This document shows, piece by piece, positions 19,932 through 29,532 of a stretch of DNA of 64,000 nucleotides. Position numbers and translations under genes: made by a program. This DNA is from a virus. The stretch is from positions 1 through 64,000 of IMG/VR virus record IMGVR_UViG_3300043446_004967; one strand, written 5' to 3'. Every line of letters begins with the position of its first letter. The stretch's first letter is position 1. The notes below the pieces were generated by a model, which worked only from the letters and a program-made list of their open reading frames with translations, was not told where the DNA came from and ran no database searches.

Positions 19932-21452
19932 TTAACCTTTTAAAGAAGCAAGGAATTTGTCTTTTCTGATGAAGATCTCTTCGGCGGTCGTGCAGTCGTC
20001 CACGTAGCCCGCTTCCTTCATGCTGTGGTTAATGGCGGACCTCGCGTAGGTGAACCCCGTCCGCCTCGTCATGTCGCCGACGACCACTCCGTTGGTGTTT
20101 TTTGCCAACGAGTTAACATAGGCGCAGACGTCGTTCAGCTTGTACTTGGTCCCCTTGAGCGAGTTCACCATTTCTTGCACGCCCTTCGGCGTTTTGTAGC
20201 CGTTTAAATACTTGCGTGCCGGCTTCTCCACTTCGTCCGCGAGCCGGCGGATACACAGCGGGGCGTTATACTTTTCCCGAATAATATCTCTCCACGGCAG
20301 CACTAGTTTCCGCGCTTCCTCTTTATTGTCGCGTATCCACATAAGCGTGCCGACCAGTTTGTCCTTCTTTTTCCGGGGGATAACGAAAGGATAATCGGGG
20401 AAGAACGTGCGCTGGTAATCGGATTCCGTAATAATCCCGGGCACGCCCATATATAACGCTTCAAAGATGCCCGTCGGGTGATCTAAGTGAGACAGCGGGC
20501 ATACGAAGCACGCGAACTTCCGCAGCATACGAATGAAGTTGTCGCGCGGGTTGTTTTCCAGAATAACGAATTGTTTTCCTACGTTCGCAAAGTCGAACCC
20601 CGCCCGTTTCAGCTTATTTTTCATCGGCCCTTGCAACCTGCCCGACAAGGAAATGGTCAGGCACACGTCCGTCATGCCCGCTTTAAACAGGTAATCGAAC
20701 CATGGCACGTATTCGATGTAAGAAGGCCCGAACAGTCGCCCGAGGCAAAGCACCTGAAACCCTTTTTCCGCCTTCCAGCGGTCCGGCATGTAAAGCTTGT
20801 CCAGTTCGGCGCACTCGACGCCGGCGGGGATGACTTTTGTCCGGTCCGACCACTTACGTATGACGCTGAGCGCGAAAGTGTCCGTCATAGCTTCCGCGAC
20901 TTCCGTGCGGTTATGATCGGAGAGGAAGATCGAACTGTCGGCGGCCAGATAGCCCAGACATTGCGCCCACCAATAAGCCCGTGTTGTGAACTGGCGCTTT
21001 CTTGTCTGGGGGAACTCCTCGATAACGACAACGGGCAGCCCGTAGCTTTTATCGGAAAAGACGTCCTCTACGTCAAAAAAACGAGGGCTTTCTAACGTGC
21101 GTTTATACGTCAGCGCCAGCGAGGTTCGGCAAGTAACAAGAACGTCAATATGATACGTTCCTGCTATTCGGTTAAAGAGGTTAAAGAACTTATCCGTAAT
21201 CAGCCCGTCCACGACAAACTGGTCGGTGATATGCTCGGTACGAATAATCCCGACGTTCGGGTGGGACTCAATTTCGTTTGGCGTGTATTCCGTGTCAGGA
21301 AGCATCCAGTAAACAAAATGTCCGCGAGCAGTGAGTTCGCGGACAAGGGAGACATATTTATGATACGTACTCGACCCCGCTAAGTTCCCTGACTGAACGT
21401 ACACGCCGTCGATCAGGACGCGAAGCCTAGGGACGTATAAATTTTCCGCCAT
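19932..21452 (-). CDS. Glycosyltransferase (GT-B fold, GT4-like)
   Basis: LTARGHFV, IFLSDH, VIPAGVE, LGRL, PTGIFEALYMGVPGI. Confidence 0.72.
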   Translation of the reverse strand: MAENLYVPRLRVLIDGVYVQSGNLAGSSTYHKYVSLVRELTARGHFVYWMLPDTEYTPNEIESHPNVGIIRTEHITDQFVVDGLITDKFFNLFNRIAGTYHIDVLVTCRTSLALTYKRTLESPRFFDVEDVFSDKSYGLPVVVIEEFPQTRKRQFTTRAYWWAQCLGYLAADSSIFLSDHNRTEVAEAMTDTFALSVIRKWSDRTKVIPAGVECAELDKLYMPDRWKAEKGFQVLCLGRLFGPSYIEYVPWFDYLFKAGMTDVCLTISLSGRLQGPMKNKLKRAGFDFANVGKQFVILENNPRDNFIRMLRKFACFVCPLSHLDHPTGIFEALYMGVPGIITESDYQRTFFPDYPFVIPRKKKDKLVGTLMWIRDNKEEARKLVLPWRDIIREKYNAPLCIRRLADEVEKPARKYLNGYKTPKGVQEMVNSLKGTKYKLNDVCAYVNSLAKNTNGVVVGDMTRRTGFTYARSAINHSMKEAGYVDDCTTAEEIFIRKDKFLASLKG

Positions 21453-21460
21453 AACGCCGG

Positions 21461-21967
21461 CTAGTTTAGGATTACATAGTCTCCCCCTTGGCCGTCGCGT
21501 TGCGCGCTTAACACGGGAGGTTCCTCCTTATTAGGAATATACATTTTTATATCTCTTGTCAAGACGGGCTGTTTACCCTGCTCCGGAACTGTCTTAGTGT
21601 CGAAGGTCCCGTCGTCTTTCTCATAAACGTAGAGCCTGACCCTTAACGCACGCCTTCCCAGCCCTGTTATGTTACACCCGGAGACGGACAAGGTTCCCAC
21701 CTGCCTGCCCGACCACGGACATTTGCGTCGGCCAATCTCAAACACAAGCCCTTGGTTCTTAAGGTCTGCAACTCTACGACTTACCGTAGTAAGTTCTAGG
21801 CCCAGAGTTTCCGCTATCTGCGTGCGCGTGCAGCCGAAGTGGGTTTCAATGAAACAGTACAGACGGTATGTTATCGTACCGTGCATAAGCAGAGGGTGCC
21901 GGCCTTTATACCCCGAAGGGCGTCGTTTTTGCGCGCTCATCTCATACTCGCCGGCTGGCTTTGTCAA
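21461..21967 (-). CDS. Winged-helix DNA-binding protein
   Basis: CTRTQIAETLGLELTTVSRRVADLKNQGLV. Confidence 0.75.
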   Translation of the reverse strand: MTKPAGEYEMSAQKRRPSGYKGRHPLLMHGTITYRLYCFIETHFGCTRTQIAETLGLELTTVSRRVADLKNQGLVFEIGRRKCPWSGRQVGTLSVSGCNITGLGRRALRVRLYVYEKDDGTFDTKTVPEQGKQPVLTRDIKMYIPNKEEPPVLSAQRDGQGGDYVILN

Positions 21968-22868
21968 GGCCCGCCCACAATAACTCCATATCGGGCTGTA
22001 GCTGCGCTTCTTGCTGCATTATCGCGGCGGGTAAGTGTTTGATGAACAGACTCTCAGGCAGTGTAAGTCCCGCCTCCTTAATGCGGCGCTCCGTGATGCC
22101 CACCCAGCATATCCACCGCCGTATAGCGGCGTAGTCTGCGCCCCTGTCGCGGCCTATGCCTGCGGCTAACGGTATAAAATCTCCGTCCTCTGCCGCAAGG
22201 TAGGCCCAAGCGTCCCGCCCTGCGTCGGCTAGAGTTCCCGGGGCGACTAGGGAGGGGCGAACCTGAAGCCCGCCGTATAGTAACCATTTCACGACCCGTT
22301 CGGGGAGCGCACTAATTACACTGAAGTTCTCCGGGGTGGGCAGCGCGGAAACAAGACCCAATAGTTCCTCGTCCGTTGTTGGGTTATCCCCGTGGGGCTC
22401 TTTTTCGTGCCAGAACGCTCCCTCTATCCCTCCCGGTAACTCCGCGATAGTCCATGTCTGAAGCGCCATCACCAACCAGCTGCTCAGCGGCCGGCGCTCC
22501 TCCGGCTTGCGGTCTGCCGATTCGTACAGTTCCTGAAAGGTAAGCCCTACCTCCGTGTAAAAAGCGCCCAAACGTAGCATTACGTACCGCGCCGCGTGTT
22601 CCGCCCACTCCGAGTCACGCAGCATGAAATAATAACGCTTCTGCCACACGTCTAAAGCGGCAAGGTAGGAGCGCAATAAGGGCATCTCTACCGCTGCGGG
22701 AGCGGCGTCCCCGTCTCCGCATAGCAACGCAATACGCCGTCTTATGTTTTGCCCGCAAGGGGTTCGCAAAAGGTAGTCCCTAGGTAAGTCTTTGTTGAGG
22801 CGTCGAGGAGGCTGAAAGTATCCCAGTACCCGCGTCTTCGACGGAGCCGTTTTGGTGAGTTTCACCAT
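21942..22868 (-). CDS. Hypothetical protein
   Basis: ORF in the operon; likely ATG at 22868. Confidence 0.6.
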   Translation of the reverse strand: MVKLTKTAPSKTRVLGYFQPPRRLNKDLPRDYLLRTPCGQNIRRRIALLCGDGDAAPAAVEMPLLRSYLAALDVWQKRYYFMLRDSEWAEHAARYVMLRLGAFYTEVGLTFQELYESADRKPEERRPLSSWLVMALQTWTIAELPGGIEGAFWHEKEPHGDNPTTDEELLGLVSALPTPENFSVISALPERVVKWLLYGGLQVRPSLVAPGTLADAGRDAWAYLAAEDGDFIPLAAGIGRDRGADYAAIRRWICWVGITERRIKEAGLTLPESLFIKHLPAAIMQQEAQLQPDMELLWAGLDKASRRV

Positions 22869-22873
22869 AGACA

Positions 22874-23527
22874 CTACCCCCGCACGTCTTCCACCGTGAA
22901 CTCCAGCCGCATCGTCGGCGGATTTTCCTCGTCGGCACATCGCAGCGCCCGCAATGCGCGGTACTGCTGCCCCTCTCGCGTAAGAAAGAAACCTCCGCGC
23001 GTACCTTCTATATCTTGGTACGTTTCGCCCCATCGGATAAACTCCGTGCCGGGCGAGGCTAGTCTAATTAATAGGGACGAGCTTCGCGGGATCGACGTAA
23101 GCGGCCCCATTTCGGCGATAAACCGCACGTCCGGCACGATAAAGACGACAGGCGTGCCCTCGGCTTGTGCTGAGAGGGTAATCGCGCGCGCGGCTCTCTT
23201 AGCAAAGAAGTCCGCCCCCCAGTTCGGTTTGATGCAACTTTCCGCCAGAGACGCCCAGACCTCCCGCGGACGCTTGCCGTCAAATTCCGCGAGCGGAGTT
23301 TCTTTGTCTTCGTCTTTTACACAGTCTTCCCGCAGTCTGTAGAGGGCGGCAGCAGCCGCTTTCAGCGGATCCGCCAGCCGCACGGTGTGCACCGTCTCGC
23401 CTTGCTTCCGCAAAGACGCGCCAATAATTTCAGCGAGCGTATCTTTCCCCGAACGATCCGGACCGTTTATAAGGATAACCCGAATAGGGTATAACGCCAT
23501 AGACCCTAATGTAATGATATGTTCCAT
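22874..23527 (-). CDS. Deoxynucleoside monophosphate kinase (T4 gp1-like)
   Basis: NGPDRSGKDT, LADPLK, RPREVW, VPDVRF.AE. Confidence 0.8.
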   Translation of the reverse strand: MEHIITLGSMALYPIRVILINGPDRSGKDTLAEIIGASLRKQGETVHTVRLADPLKAAAAALYRLREDCVKDEDKETPLAEFDGKRPREVWASLAESCIKPNWGADFFAKRAARAITLSAQAEGTPVVFIVPDVRFIAEMGPLTSIPRSSSLLIRLASPGTEFIRWGETYQDIEGTRGGFFLTREGQQYRALRALRCADEENPPTMRLEFTVEDVRG

Positions 23528-23606
23528 ACTTTTAATATTTTCCAGTCTATTTGCAGGGTAAAGTATACGTTTAGGGGGGCGGAAAGCCCCCCTTAGTCTT
23601 CTACCA

Positions 23607-24425
23607 TCATACTTTGCTGTGCGCAAATACCGCGTACTCCCCGTCGGGGGAGTCCAAGATCTGCATATCTTGGTAGAGGGCCGAATATGCCTTCTTGAAG
23701 ATTCTTGCGATCTGAAGGAAAACTTCGCGCATCTCCTCCTCCGCGCTCGGCGCCGTGCGTAATTCTATAAGTTGCCGCCATGTCCGAGGGTTCCCCGTCA
23801 GCACGATACCGGTGCAAAGCCCTTCCGGCATTACTCTACGGTTCGCGGACTGAAAGAGTTTTTTCAGACTGAACGGCATGTCGGGGTTGTCCATCCCGCA
23901 CAATTCCGTTAACTCTTGCGCCACCTCTCCCAAGTGCGTAATTGTGCGCTCGAAAATACTTCGGATTTTGTCCGCAGTTTCCTCCGGCAGCTGCGTGTGG
24001 TAGACCTCCGGGAAGTAGGCCGCCAGCGTTATCGGGCGCACGAAGCGTAAACTTTCTTGGGAGGGGCTAAGCTCCTCCCCGGGAACTAAATGCCGGTGAC
24101 GTATCACTTCGTGAGTGAACACGCGAGACACGTTTTCAATAGCAATCGTGTCGTACACATGCTCCAGTACGCTTCCGTGACCGGACTTTAAAATGTTGCC
24201 GATGTACGGCATGTTTCCTTCCCGAACTCGGGTGAGGTTCGGGTTAAGATGCGTGCCGAAGGCGTTGTAACAGCGACGTCCGGCGATTTCTACCAAAGTT
24301 TCGGCGTCCGTAGTTGCGCCGGTAGACCATTCCGGCGCCCCGAGGCTGCGTAGGTAAGCCTCTACGTTCTCCTGAATAAGTCTAGTTTGCCCTATGTGAA
24401 AAACACTGGGTGTCGTGAACTTCAT
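23607..24425 (-). CDS. thyX: Flavin-dependent thymidylate synthase
   Basis: AGRRCY, GHGSVLEH, SRVFTHEVIRHR, SQESLRFV, AEEEMR. Confidence 0.95.
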   Translation of the reverse strand: MKFTTPSVFHIGQTRLIQENVEAYLRSLGAPEWSTGATTDAETLVEIAGRRCYNAFGTHLNPNLTRVREGNMPYIGNILKSGHGSVLEHVYDTIAIENVSRVFTHEVIRHRHLVPGEELSPSQESLRFVRPITLAAYFPEVYHTQLPEETADKIRSIFERTITHLGEVAQELTELCGMDNPDMPFSLKKLFQSANRRVMPEGLCTGIVLTGNPRTWRQLIELRTAPSAEEEMREVFLQIARIFKKAYSALYQDMQILDSPDGEYAVFAHSKV

Positions 24426-24466
24426 AGTCTCTTACCTTTTAAATAATGGTTGCGGTATTAGAGGCG

Positions 24467-24796
24467 CTACTGCACCCGCTCGGGCGCCGTATAGGAGGAG
24501 ATCTGCTCCAGAACGGTTAACTGTAACACTGTAACTCTCTGCCGTGCGGCCTCCCTTCCTTCGGGGAACACTTGATTAACCTCCAAGCAGAGGCTGGGTA
24601 TCAAGAAAAAGTTTACGTACACCGTCTCGTTTCGGACGCAAGCGGCATACTTATATTCTCCTTTAGCTGCCACAGAAGCTGTCACATCTCCGAGGTGCGG
24701 CAGTCCGGTCGCAAAGGCAATTGCGGGAAGGGAGAGCCATACTCGCCCCTCGTGAAAAAACCCTCCGTCGGCGAATGTCGTTCCTTGCGCGGTCAT
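24467..24796 (-). CDS. Hypothetical protein
   Basis: ORF with GGGG RBS in the operon. Confidence 0.5.
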   Translation of the reverse strand: MTAQGTTFADGGFFHEGRVWLSLPAIAFATGLPHLGDVTASVAAKGEYKYAACVRNETVYVNFFLIPSLCLEVNQVFPEGREAARQRVTVLQLTVLEQISSYTAPERVQ

Positions 24797-24825
24797 TTTA
24801 TCCCCTGATTTTTACCTTTAAATAG

Positions 24826-25644
24826 CTATACTGCTATGATTAACTGTTCGTCGAACTCCGGGTTCGCGGGCAGCCCGGCGGAATCCGGGTATCCCGCAGG
24901 ATTGCACACTACGCGACAGCCGTCCACTGTATAATCCGCGCTATTATGCATGTGCCCGTGTATCCATAAGGAAACCCCGTACTCTTGCATTACCGGCTCA
25001 AGGTTGGAATAATAAGCGCTGTTCAGCGGGCTATGCAGGTAACGTGGCGGTACGCTTCGCCGACTGGGCGCATGGTGTGTGGCTACGATCTTTCGCGTAG
25101 CCTTATCCTCCTTGGATAGAAGGGACGCTAGTTTTCTTACGCTTTTGCGGTGCATCTGCCGGGTGTCTTCGGGCGTGAGGGCGGCCCCCGCCCCCTTATG
25201 GATATATTTATAGTCTGAGATACGCGACGCTATGTCGGGCGACGACCCCACCTCCGACCAAAGCGTGCCGTAGAAGATAGCGTACTCTTGCGATCCCTTA
25301 GCCCAACGATACACGCCTATGCCGTCATACCCTACCTTTTTGCCGGGAGGCGGCACATATAACCCGACGCGCGCCTCTACTGCTAGTTCCGTCATCCACC
25401 TGTCCGTAAGGTACGGATCGGACCCGTAATACTCATGGTTCCCCGGGAGGTAGATAACGTCCCTGTACTGCGTCAGCGCGTACAACCACTCCACAAAGCG
25501 GTCGTAGGCCACTTCCGTAATAAGCGCGGCGGATATGATATCCCCCGCCAAAATTAATACATCTTCGCCGAGGTACTCTAGCGGAGGAATCGGGCGCGGG
25601 CCGAGGGCCTCTAAGTGCAAGTCACTGACCGGACGTATTCGCAT
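24826..25644 (-). CDS. Calcineurin-like metallophosphoesterase
   Basis: SDLH, LAGDI, GNHEYY, THHAP, HGHMH. Confidence 0.9.
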   Translation of the reverse strand: MRIRPVSDLHLEALGPRPIPPLEYLGEDVLILAGDIISAALITEVAYDRFVEWLYALTQYRDVIYLPGNHEYYGSDPYLTDRWMTELAVEARVGLYVPPPGKKVGYDGIGVYRWAKGSQEYAIFYGTLWSEVGSSPDIASRISDYKYIHKGAGAALTPEDTRQMHRKSVRKLASLLSKEDKATRKIVATHHAPSRRSVPPRYLHSPLNSAYYSNLEPVMQEYGVSLWIHGHMHNSADYTVDGCRVVCNPAGYPDSAGLPANPEFDEQLIIAV

Positions 25645-25653
25645 AACCCTCTC

Positions 25654-26430
25654 CTACGTTTCATATGTCCGGCTGTCGGGCAGTTCGACTACCGCCTGTA
25701 TTGTCTCGAAAATCGCCAACGCAATTTCAGGAACAATGGCGTTCCCTACAAGCTTAAGTCTGTCCAGCCCGCCGGGTACCCCATCATTTTTTCTGCAAAC
25801 GAGGGGTTCAGGTATATCGGATCTTCCGCGCAAATCCTCAACCCTTCCGACGCCTTGGAACCTCTGTATTCCGGGCTGCCACGGAACCGCGCTCTGCCCG
25901 CCCCCATGCCTTCGGACGCCGTACAGGTCGGAACGCGGAGATTCCGGTCTGTGCCCGACGATCCATACCCGGTTCCGCAGGTGGACGGCCCCGACGGCAC
26001 AAGCCGGAATAATAAATGGCCGCACGGCGTAGCCGAGGTTTTCCAGATCATCCTTTGTCCGACGGAATCCCATCGGGAGGAAGTTTGCAACATTCTCGCA
26101 AACAACCCAAGAAGGTCCGACGGCGGCGATGACCCGGCGCATCTCTGGCCAAAGGTCGCGTCCGTCGGAAGTCCCCCGTCGCTTTCCGGCGACGCTGAAC
26201 GGCTGACAGGGAAATCCTCCGACGATAACGTCGATGGCCCCGAGCGTGTCGCGTTCCTGCTCATAGTTAAATCCTTTAATGTCCGCGTACAGCGGTATTC
26301 CGGGGAATCGTTTTCGGAGGAGTGCGGCGCACTCTGGGTCATTGTCACAAAAGGCAGCGACGCTCCACCCGAGGTAGTCGGCGGCTATTGCAAACCCGCC
26401 GATGCCGGAGAATAGATCTAGGACCCGCAT
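25654..26430 (-). CDS. dcm: DNA cytosine-C5 methyltransferase (large subunit)
   Basis: Motifs I (DLFSGIGG), IV (GGFPCQPFS), VI (ENV), VIII (HLRNRVWIV) and X (GNAIVP); no clear motif IX. Confidence 0.9.
   Translation of the reverse strand: MRVLDLFSGIGGFAIAADYLGWSVAAFCDNDPECAALLRKRFPGIPLYADIKGFNYEQERDTLGAIDVIVGGFPCQPFSVAGKRRGTSDGRDLWPEMRRVIAAVGPSWVVCENVANFLPMGFRRTKDDLENLGYAVRPFIIPACAVGAVHLRNRVWIVGHRPESPRSDLYGVRRHGGGQSAVPWQPGIQRFQGVGRVEDLRGRSDIPEPLVCRKNDGVPGGLDRLKLVGNAIVPEIALAIFETIQAVVELPDSRTYET
25746..26348 (-). CDS. Nested out-of-frame methyltransferase small subunit (carries motif IX); true start may be internal
   Basis: Ends PTCTASE...LNPSFAEKMMGYPAGWTDL, a motif IX-type sequence. Confidence 0.65.
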   Translation of the reverse strand: MTMTQSAPHSSENDSPEYRCTRTLKDLTMSRNATRSGPSTLSSEDFPVSRSASPESDGGLPTDATFGQRCAGSSPPSDLLGLFARMLQTSSRWDSVGQRMIWKTSATPCGHLLFRLVPSGPSTCGTGYGSSGTDRNLRVPTCTASEGMGAGRARFRGSPEYRGSKASEGLRICAEDPIYLNPSFAEKMMGYPAGWTDLSL

Positions 26431-26726
26431 GTCTCACAAGCCTCTGCTAGCTCCTCTAGTGCTTGCTCTAGCTCAGACCTACAGTTTATATAGGCGGACG
26501 ACTCCGCATCGGTAAACTCACGTACCCAACGGACGTGATTGAGGCCCCGCAGTCTGTCTACGCACCGCTTCGCCTTCGTCAAGTTCTGCCGGAAAAGGGT
26601 TCTTTGAGCAGGGTTCCACCCATCAAGCAGGCAGCGGGAGGCCACTCGTAATAGATGTGTGGACTTGTGCAGGGCAACCCCTGCGGTGATGGCTTTTTTG
26701 TAGCGTTTAAGGTGGCTAAAAATCAT
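26418..26726 (-). CDS. Hypothetical protein
   Basis: AAGGAG RBS; overlaps the dcm start. Confidence 0.6.
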   Translation of the reverse strand: MIFSHLKRYKKAITAGVALHKSTHLLRVASRCLLDGWNPAQRTLFRQNLTKAKRCVDRLRGLNHVRWVREFTDAESSAYINCRSELEQALEELAEACETCGS

Positions 26727-26769
26727 AAGTTCGACTCCTTAGTTTGTTTTTAGGATGTGCACGGTCCCC

Positions 26770-27177
26770 CTACTCTTTACCCGTTAATAAATAATCGACG
26801 CTTACGTCTAGCACCTCCGCCAACTGTGCCAACACAAAACACTGCGGTCTGCTTTCCCCGGTTTCGTATTTGTGCAGTTGCGTCCTGTTCACAACACAAG
26901 TTGGCAGCCGTGAGGTGATGTCGTTTAGCGATGCCGTCCGGCCGCCTTTGCCCGGGTGGCGTATTATCAGGTTAAGCCTAGCGTCACGTAGCCGGCACCC
27001 CAGCGCTTCATAGAACTCCTTTTCCGCGTTATTTTTGTTCCGCCACTCGCTTTTAGGCGGAGACGCGTCGGAGGGAAGGGCATCCTTTATCGGACCGGAT
27101 TCCGCACTTTGTACGGGGGATTCGGTAGTCGGGCGCCTAGGCGCCCTTTTATTACCATTTAACGTCTGACCAGTCAT
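26770..27177 (-). CDS. XRE/Cro-C1 HTH transcriptional regulator
   Basis: LGCRLRDAR...QLHKYETGESRP...LAEVLDVSVDYLLTG. Confidence 0.85.
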   Translation of the reverse strand: MTGQTLNGNKRAPRRPTTESPVQSAESGPIKDALPSDASPPKSEWRNKNNAEKEFYEALGCRLRDARLNLIIRHPGKGGRTASLNDITSRLPTCVVNRTQLHKYETGESRPQCFVLAQLAEVLDVSVDYLLTGKE

Positions 27178-28135
27178 TTTTGCTCCCTTTTGCATAACTA
27201 GTTCCTCTTGCTTCAAAAAAGTTTGGAAATTCTACCCCGCCTAGCACTTCGTCCATCCACGGTAACGGATTGCGGGAAACCCCGTAACGCGCGGGCAACC
27301 CTAGCTCCTTAAGACGCAGATCCCCGATGTAACGGACGTACTGCTTAACGTCCGACGCGGAAAGCCCTTGCACGTCTCCCAAAGAAAACGCCAAATCAAT
27401 GAAAGCGTCTTCATGCCGGACCACCGTTTCGCACGCTTCTGTGATACGCTCGTTCAGCCGATCTCGGTCAATGGCCGGATTCTCCGCAAGAAAAGCATGG
27501 AACAGCTTTATGATGCCGTGGGTGTGTAACGCTTCATCCCTCACGGACCACGTAATGATCTGCCCCATGCCCTTCATTTTATTAAAGCGGGGAAAGTTCA
27601 TCAGCATAGCGAATGAGGCGAACAGCTGCAATCCCTCCGTAAACGCCCCGAACACGGCGAGGGTTAGGGCACACCCTTCCGCGTCCGCCGCGTCAAATTG
27701 CGCCATGTACTCGTGCTTATCCCGCATTTCTTTATACGACAGGAACGCCTGATATTCCGTTTCAGGCATCCCCACAGTGTCCAGCAAGTATGCATACGCC
27801 GCCATGTGGACCGTTTCCATCGCGGAGAACGCGGAAAGCATCATTCGCACTTCCACAGGCTTAAACAACCGTAGGTAATGGTCGATGTAGCAGCCCCCGA
27901 CGTCCACGTCAGCCTGCGTGAAGAACCGAAATATTTGCGTTAGCAAATGTTTTTCCTGCGGCAAAAGGTTCATCCTCCAATCACGGACGTCCTCCGCCAG
28001 CGACACTTCTTCGGGCAGCCAGTGCATTTGCTGCTGGGTGTGCCATAAGGTATACGCCCACGGGTAGCGAAAGGGCTTATACCCTGTTGACGGCGTTAAG
28101 AGTGACGGCGTGCTTAACGGTTGGCCCCAAGTCAT
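27152..28135 (-). CDS. nrdB: Class Ia ribonucleotide reductase beta subunit
   Basis: YKPFRYPWAY, HWLPEEV, ETVH..AY, TEGLQLFASF, RDEALH, NFFE. Confidence 0.96.
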   Translation of the reverse strand: MTWGQPLSTPSLLTPSTGYKPFRYPWAYTLWHTQQQMHWLPEEVSLAEDVRDWRMNLLPQEKHLLTQIFRFFTQADVDVGGCYIDHYLRLFKPVEVRMMLSAFSAMETVHMAAYAYLLDTVGMPETEYQAFLSYKEMRDKHEYMAQFDAADAEGCALTLAVFGAFTEGLQLFASFAMLMNFPRFNKMKGMGQIITWSVRDEALHTHGIIKLFHAFLAENPAIDRDRLNERITEACETVVRHEDAFIDLAFSLGDVQGLSASDVKQYVRYIGDLRLKELGLPARYGVSRNPLPWMDEVLGGVEFPNFFEARGTSYAKGSKNDWSDVKW

Positions 28136-28148
28136 GTGCGAGTCCTTG

Positions 28149-28583
28149 TTAATTCGTTGTTTCCATGGTGGAGATGGCGTCTCCGTTCAGCTCGGCTAGC
28201 ATGTCTTCCGTTAGCCCGCTTAGAGCGTCTTCCCAAAAACGGGCGACCCCGTCATCCAGCAGGGCGTCTTGTGTCCCCGTGTATTCTTCCAGAAGAAATT
28301 CGCCCTTATATGCCCGCTCTTGAAACTCGGCGTACAGCTGCGGGTTTTTTATAGCCGCGCGAACTAGCGGCAGGTAGGCACCCAGCGCACTTTCGACACA
28401 CGCTACTCCCGGGGCTTCTGCGATAACGCGAGAAACTCGCTTCAGGCGACGCTCCGTCAACGCCAAATATTTGTACAGCGTCTCTTCTTCGGAGAGCGGG
28501 ATACGCGAAATCATACCATTACTCCTTTTCCTTATGTAAAGTCTTTCGGGGGCGCCCCGCGCGTTTTCTTTTACGGTAGACAA
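28149..28583 (-). CDS. Hypothetical protein
   Basis: ORF between nrdA and nrdB; start uncertain. Confidence 0.55.
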   Translation of the reverse strand: MSTVKENARGAPERLYIRKRSNGMISRIPLSEEETLYKYLALTERRLKRVSRVIAEAPGVACVESALGAYLPLVRAAIKNPQLYAEFQERAYKGEFLLEEYTGTQDALLDDGVARFWEDALSGLTEDMLAELNGDAISTMETTN

Positions 28584-29004
28584 CTACGGGGCCCTTCCCT
28601 AAATAACGCGGCACTTTTTTGGCGGCGCGCCGTTTATTGACGGGCGCACCGGGCGCCTCGCCCGCCGGGTAACAATGCCGCAGCAGACGAGGTGACGCGC
28701 ATCCCTCCAGTTCAGCGCGCAGCTCAAATAAATCTTTGCGCTCGCCCGCCTTGCCTTTCGGCTCCGTTAAAATTATCCGTGTCAAAGTTGCCCCATACAG
28801 GCGGCTTTCTTGTACTTTGGGCACCACCACATCCACCTTTTTCCCGATGTATGGGGAAAGCCTGCCTACAAGCTGCCGCACTTTGTCTCCCCGCAGTCTA
28901 CACTCCCGCAGGAACGCCTTCAACGGTAAAGTAAATAATTCCGCCGCGTATAGGCGGGCCAGCTCATCGCTGGCCTCTATGAAGGCTGTGCGCATGTCAG
29001 TCAT
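28519..29004 (-). CDS. Hypothetical protein, basic C-terminus
   Basis: ORF coupled to its neighbours. Confidence 0.55.
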   Translation of the reverse strand: MTDMRTAFIEASDELARLYAAELFTLPLKAFLRECRLRGDKVRQLVGRLSPYIGKKVDVVVPKVQESRLYGATLTRIILTEPKGKAGERKDLFELRAELEGCASPRLLRHCYPAGEAPGAPVNKRRAAKKVPRYLGKGPVVVYRKRKRAGRPRKTLHKEKE

Positions 29005-29515
29005 GGCGGCGCGCCTCGATGTCGCGTAACGGCTTAGTAACGCGCTCTACCACTCTTACCGTGTAAAAGCCGAGCATGGGAGACGGACGTTCGGGCAGCG
29101 CGTTCGGGAGGGCGCGGGACAGAGCCTGCGCGTAAAAGTCGGCGACATATCGCCGCGCTTCCTCCCCCAACGGACGGCGTGGCGCAGCGACCGCGCACAG
29201 CTCATAGAATAGGCAGGGCTCTCCGGATTGCACTAAGCAGGCAAACTCGGCGGTCAGGGTGACTCCTTCCAGCAACACCGTGCGCTTGATTTGACCGGAT
29301 AAAGGGTCCGCATACGTGGGGTAGCGTTTTGCCCACCCTAGGTTGATCTCCTTAACTCCGGGCAGTCCTGCACACACTCGCTCGACGCCGCTTGCTTCGT
29401 TGCGCGCTTGGATAAGCGCAGAGGCAATGCGCTCCACGACGGGTTTCGCTAGCTCAGAGGGAGGAACTACGCCGTAGCGGCGCAGCTCCTTTTCTGAAGA
29501 TACTCGTATAAACAT
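28997..29515 (-). CDS. Hypothetical protein
   Basis: GAGG RBS after the nrdA stop. Confidence 0.6.
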   Translation of the reverse strand: MFIRVSSEKELRRYGVVPPSELAKPVVERIASALIQARNEASGVERVCAGLPGVKEINLGWAKRYPTYADPLSGQIKRTVLLEGVTLTAEFACLVQSGEPCLFYELCAVAAPRRPLGEEARRYVADFYAQALSRALPNALPERPSPMLGFYTVRVVERVTKPLRDIEARRHD

Positions 29516-29532
29516 GTTCCCTCTTGTGACTC

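Noticed and set aside
21552-21564. Partial copy of the promoter palindrome (TCTCTTGTCAAGA)
   Set aside because: Inside a CDS and lacking the matching -10 and leader; probably chance.
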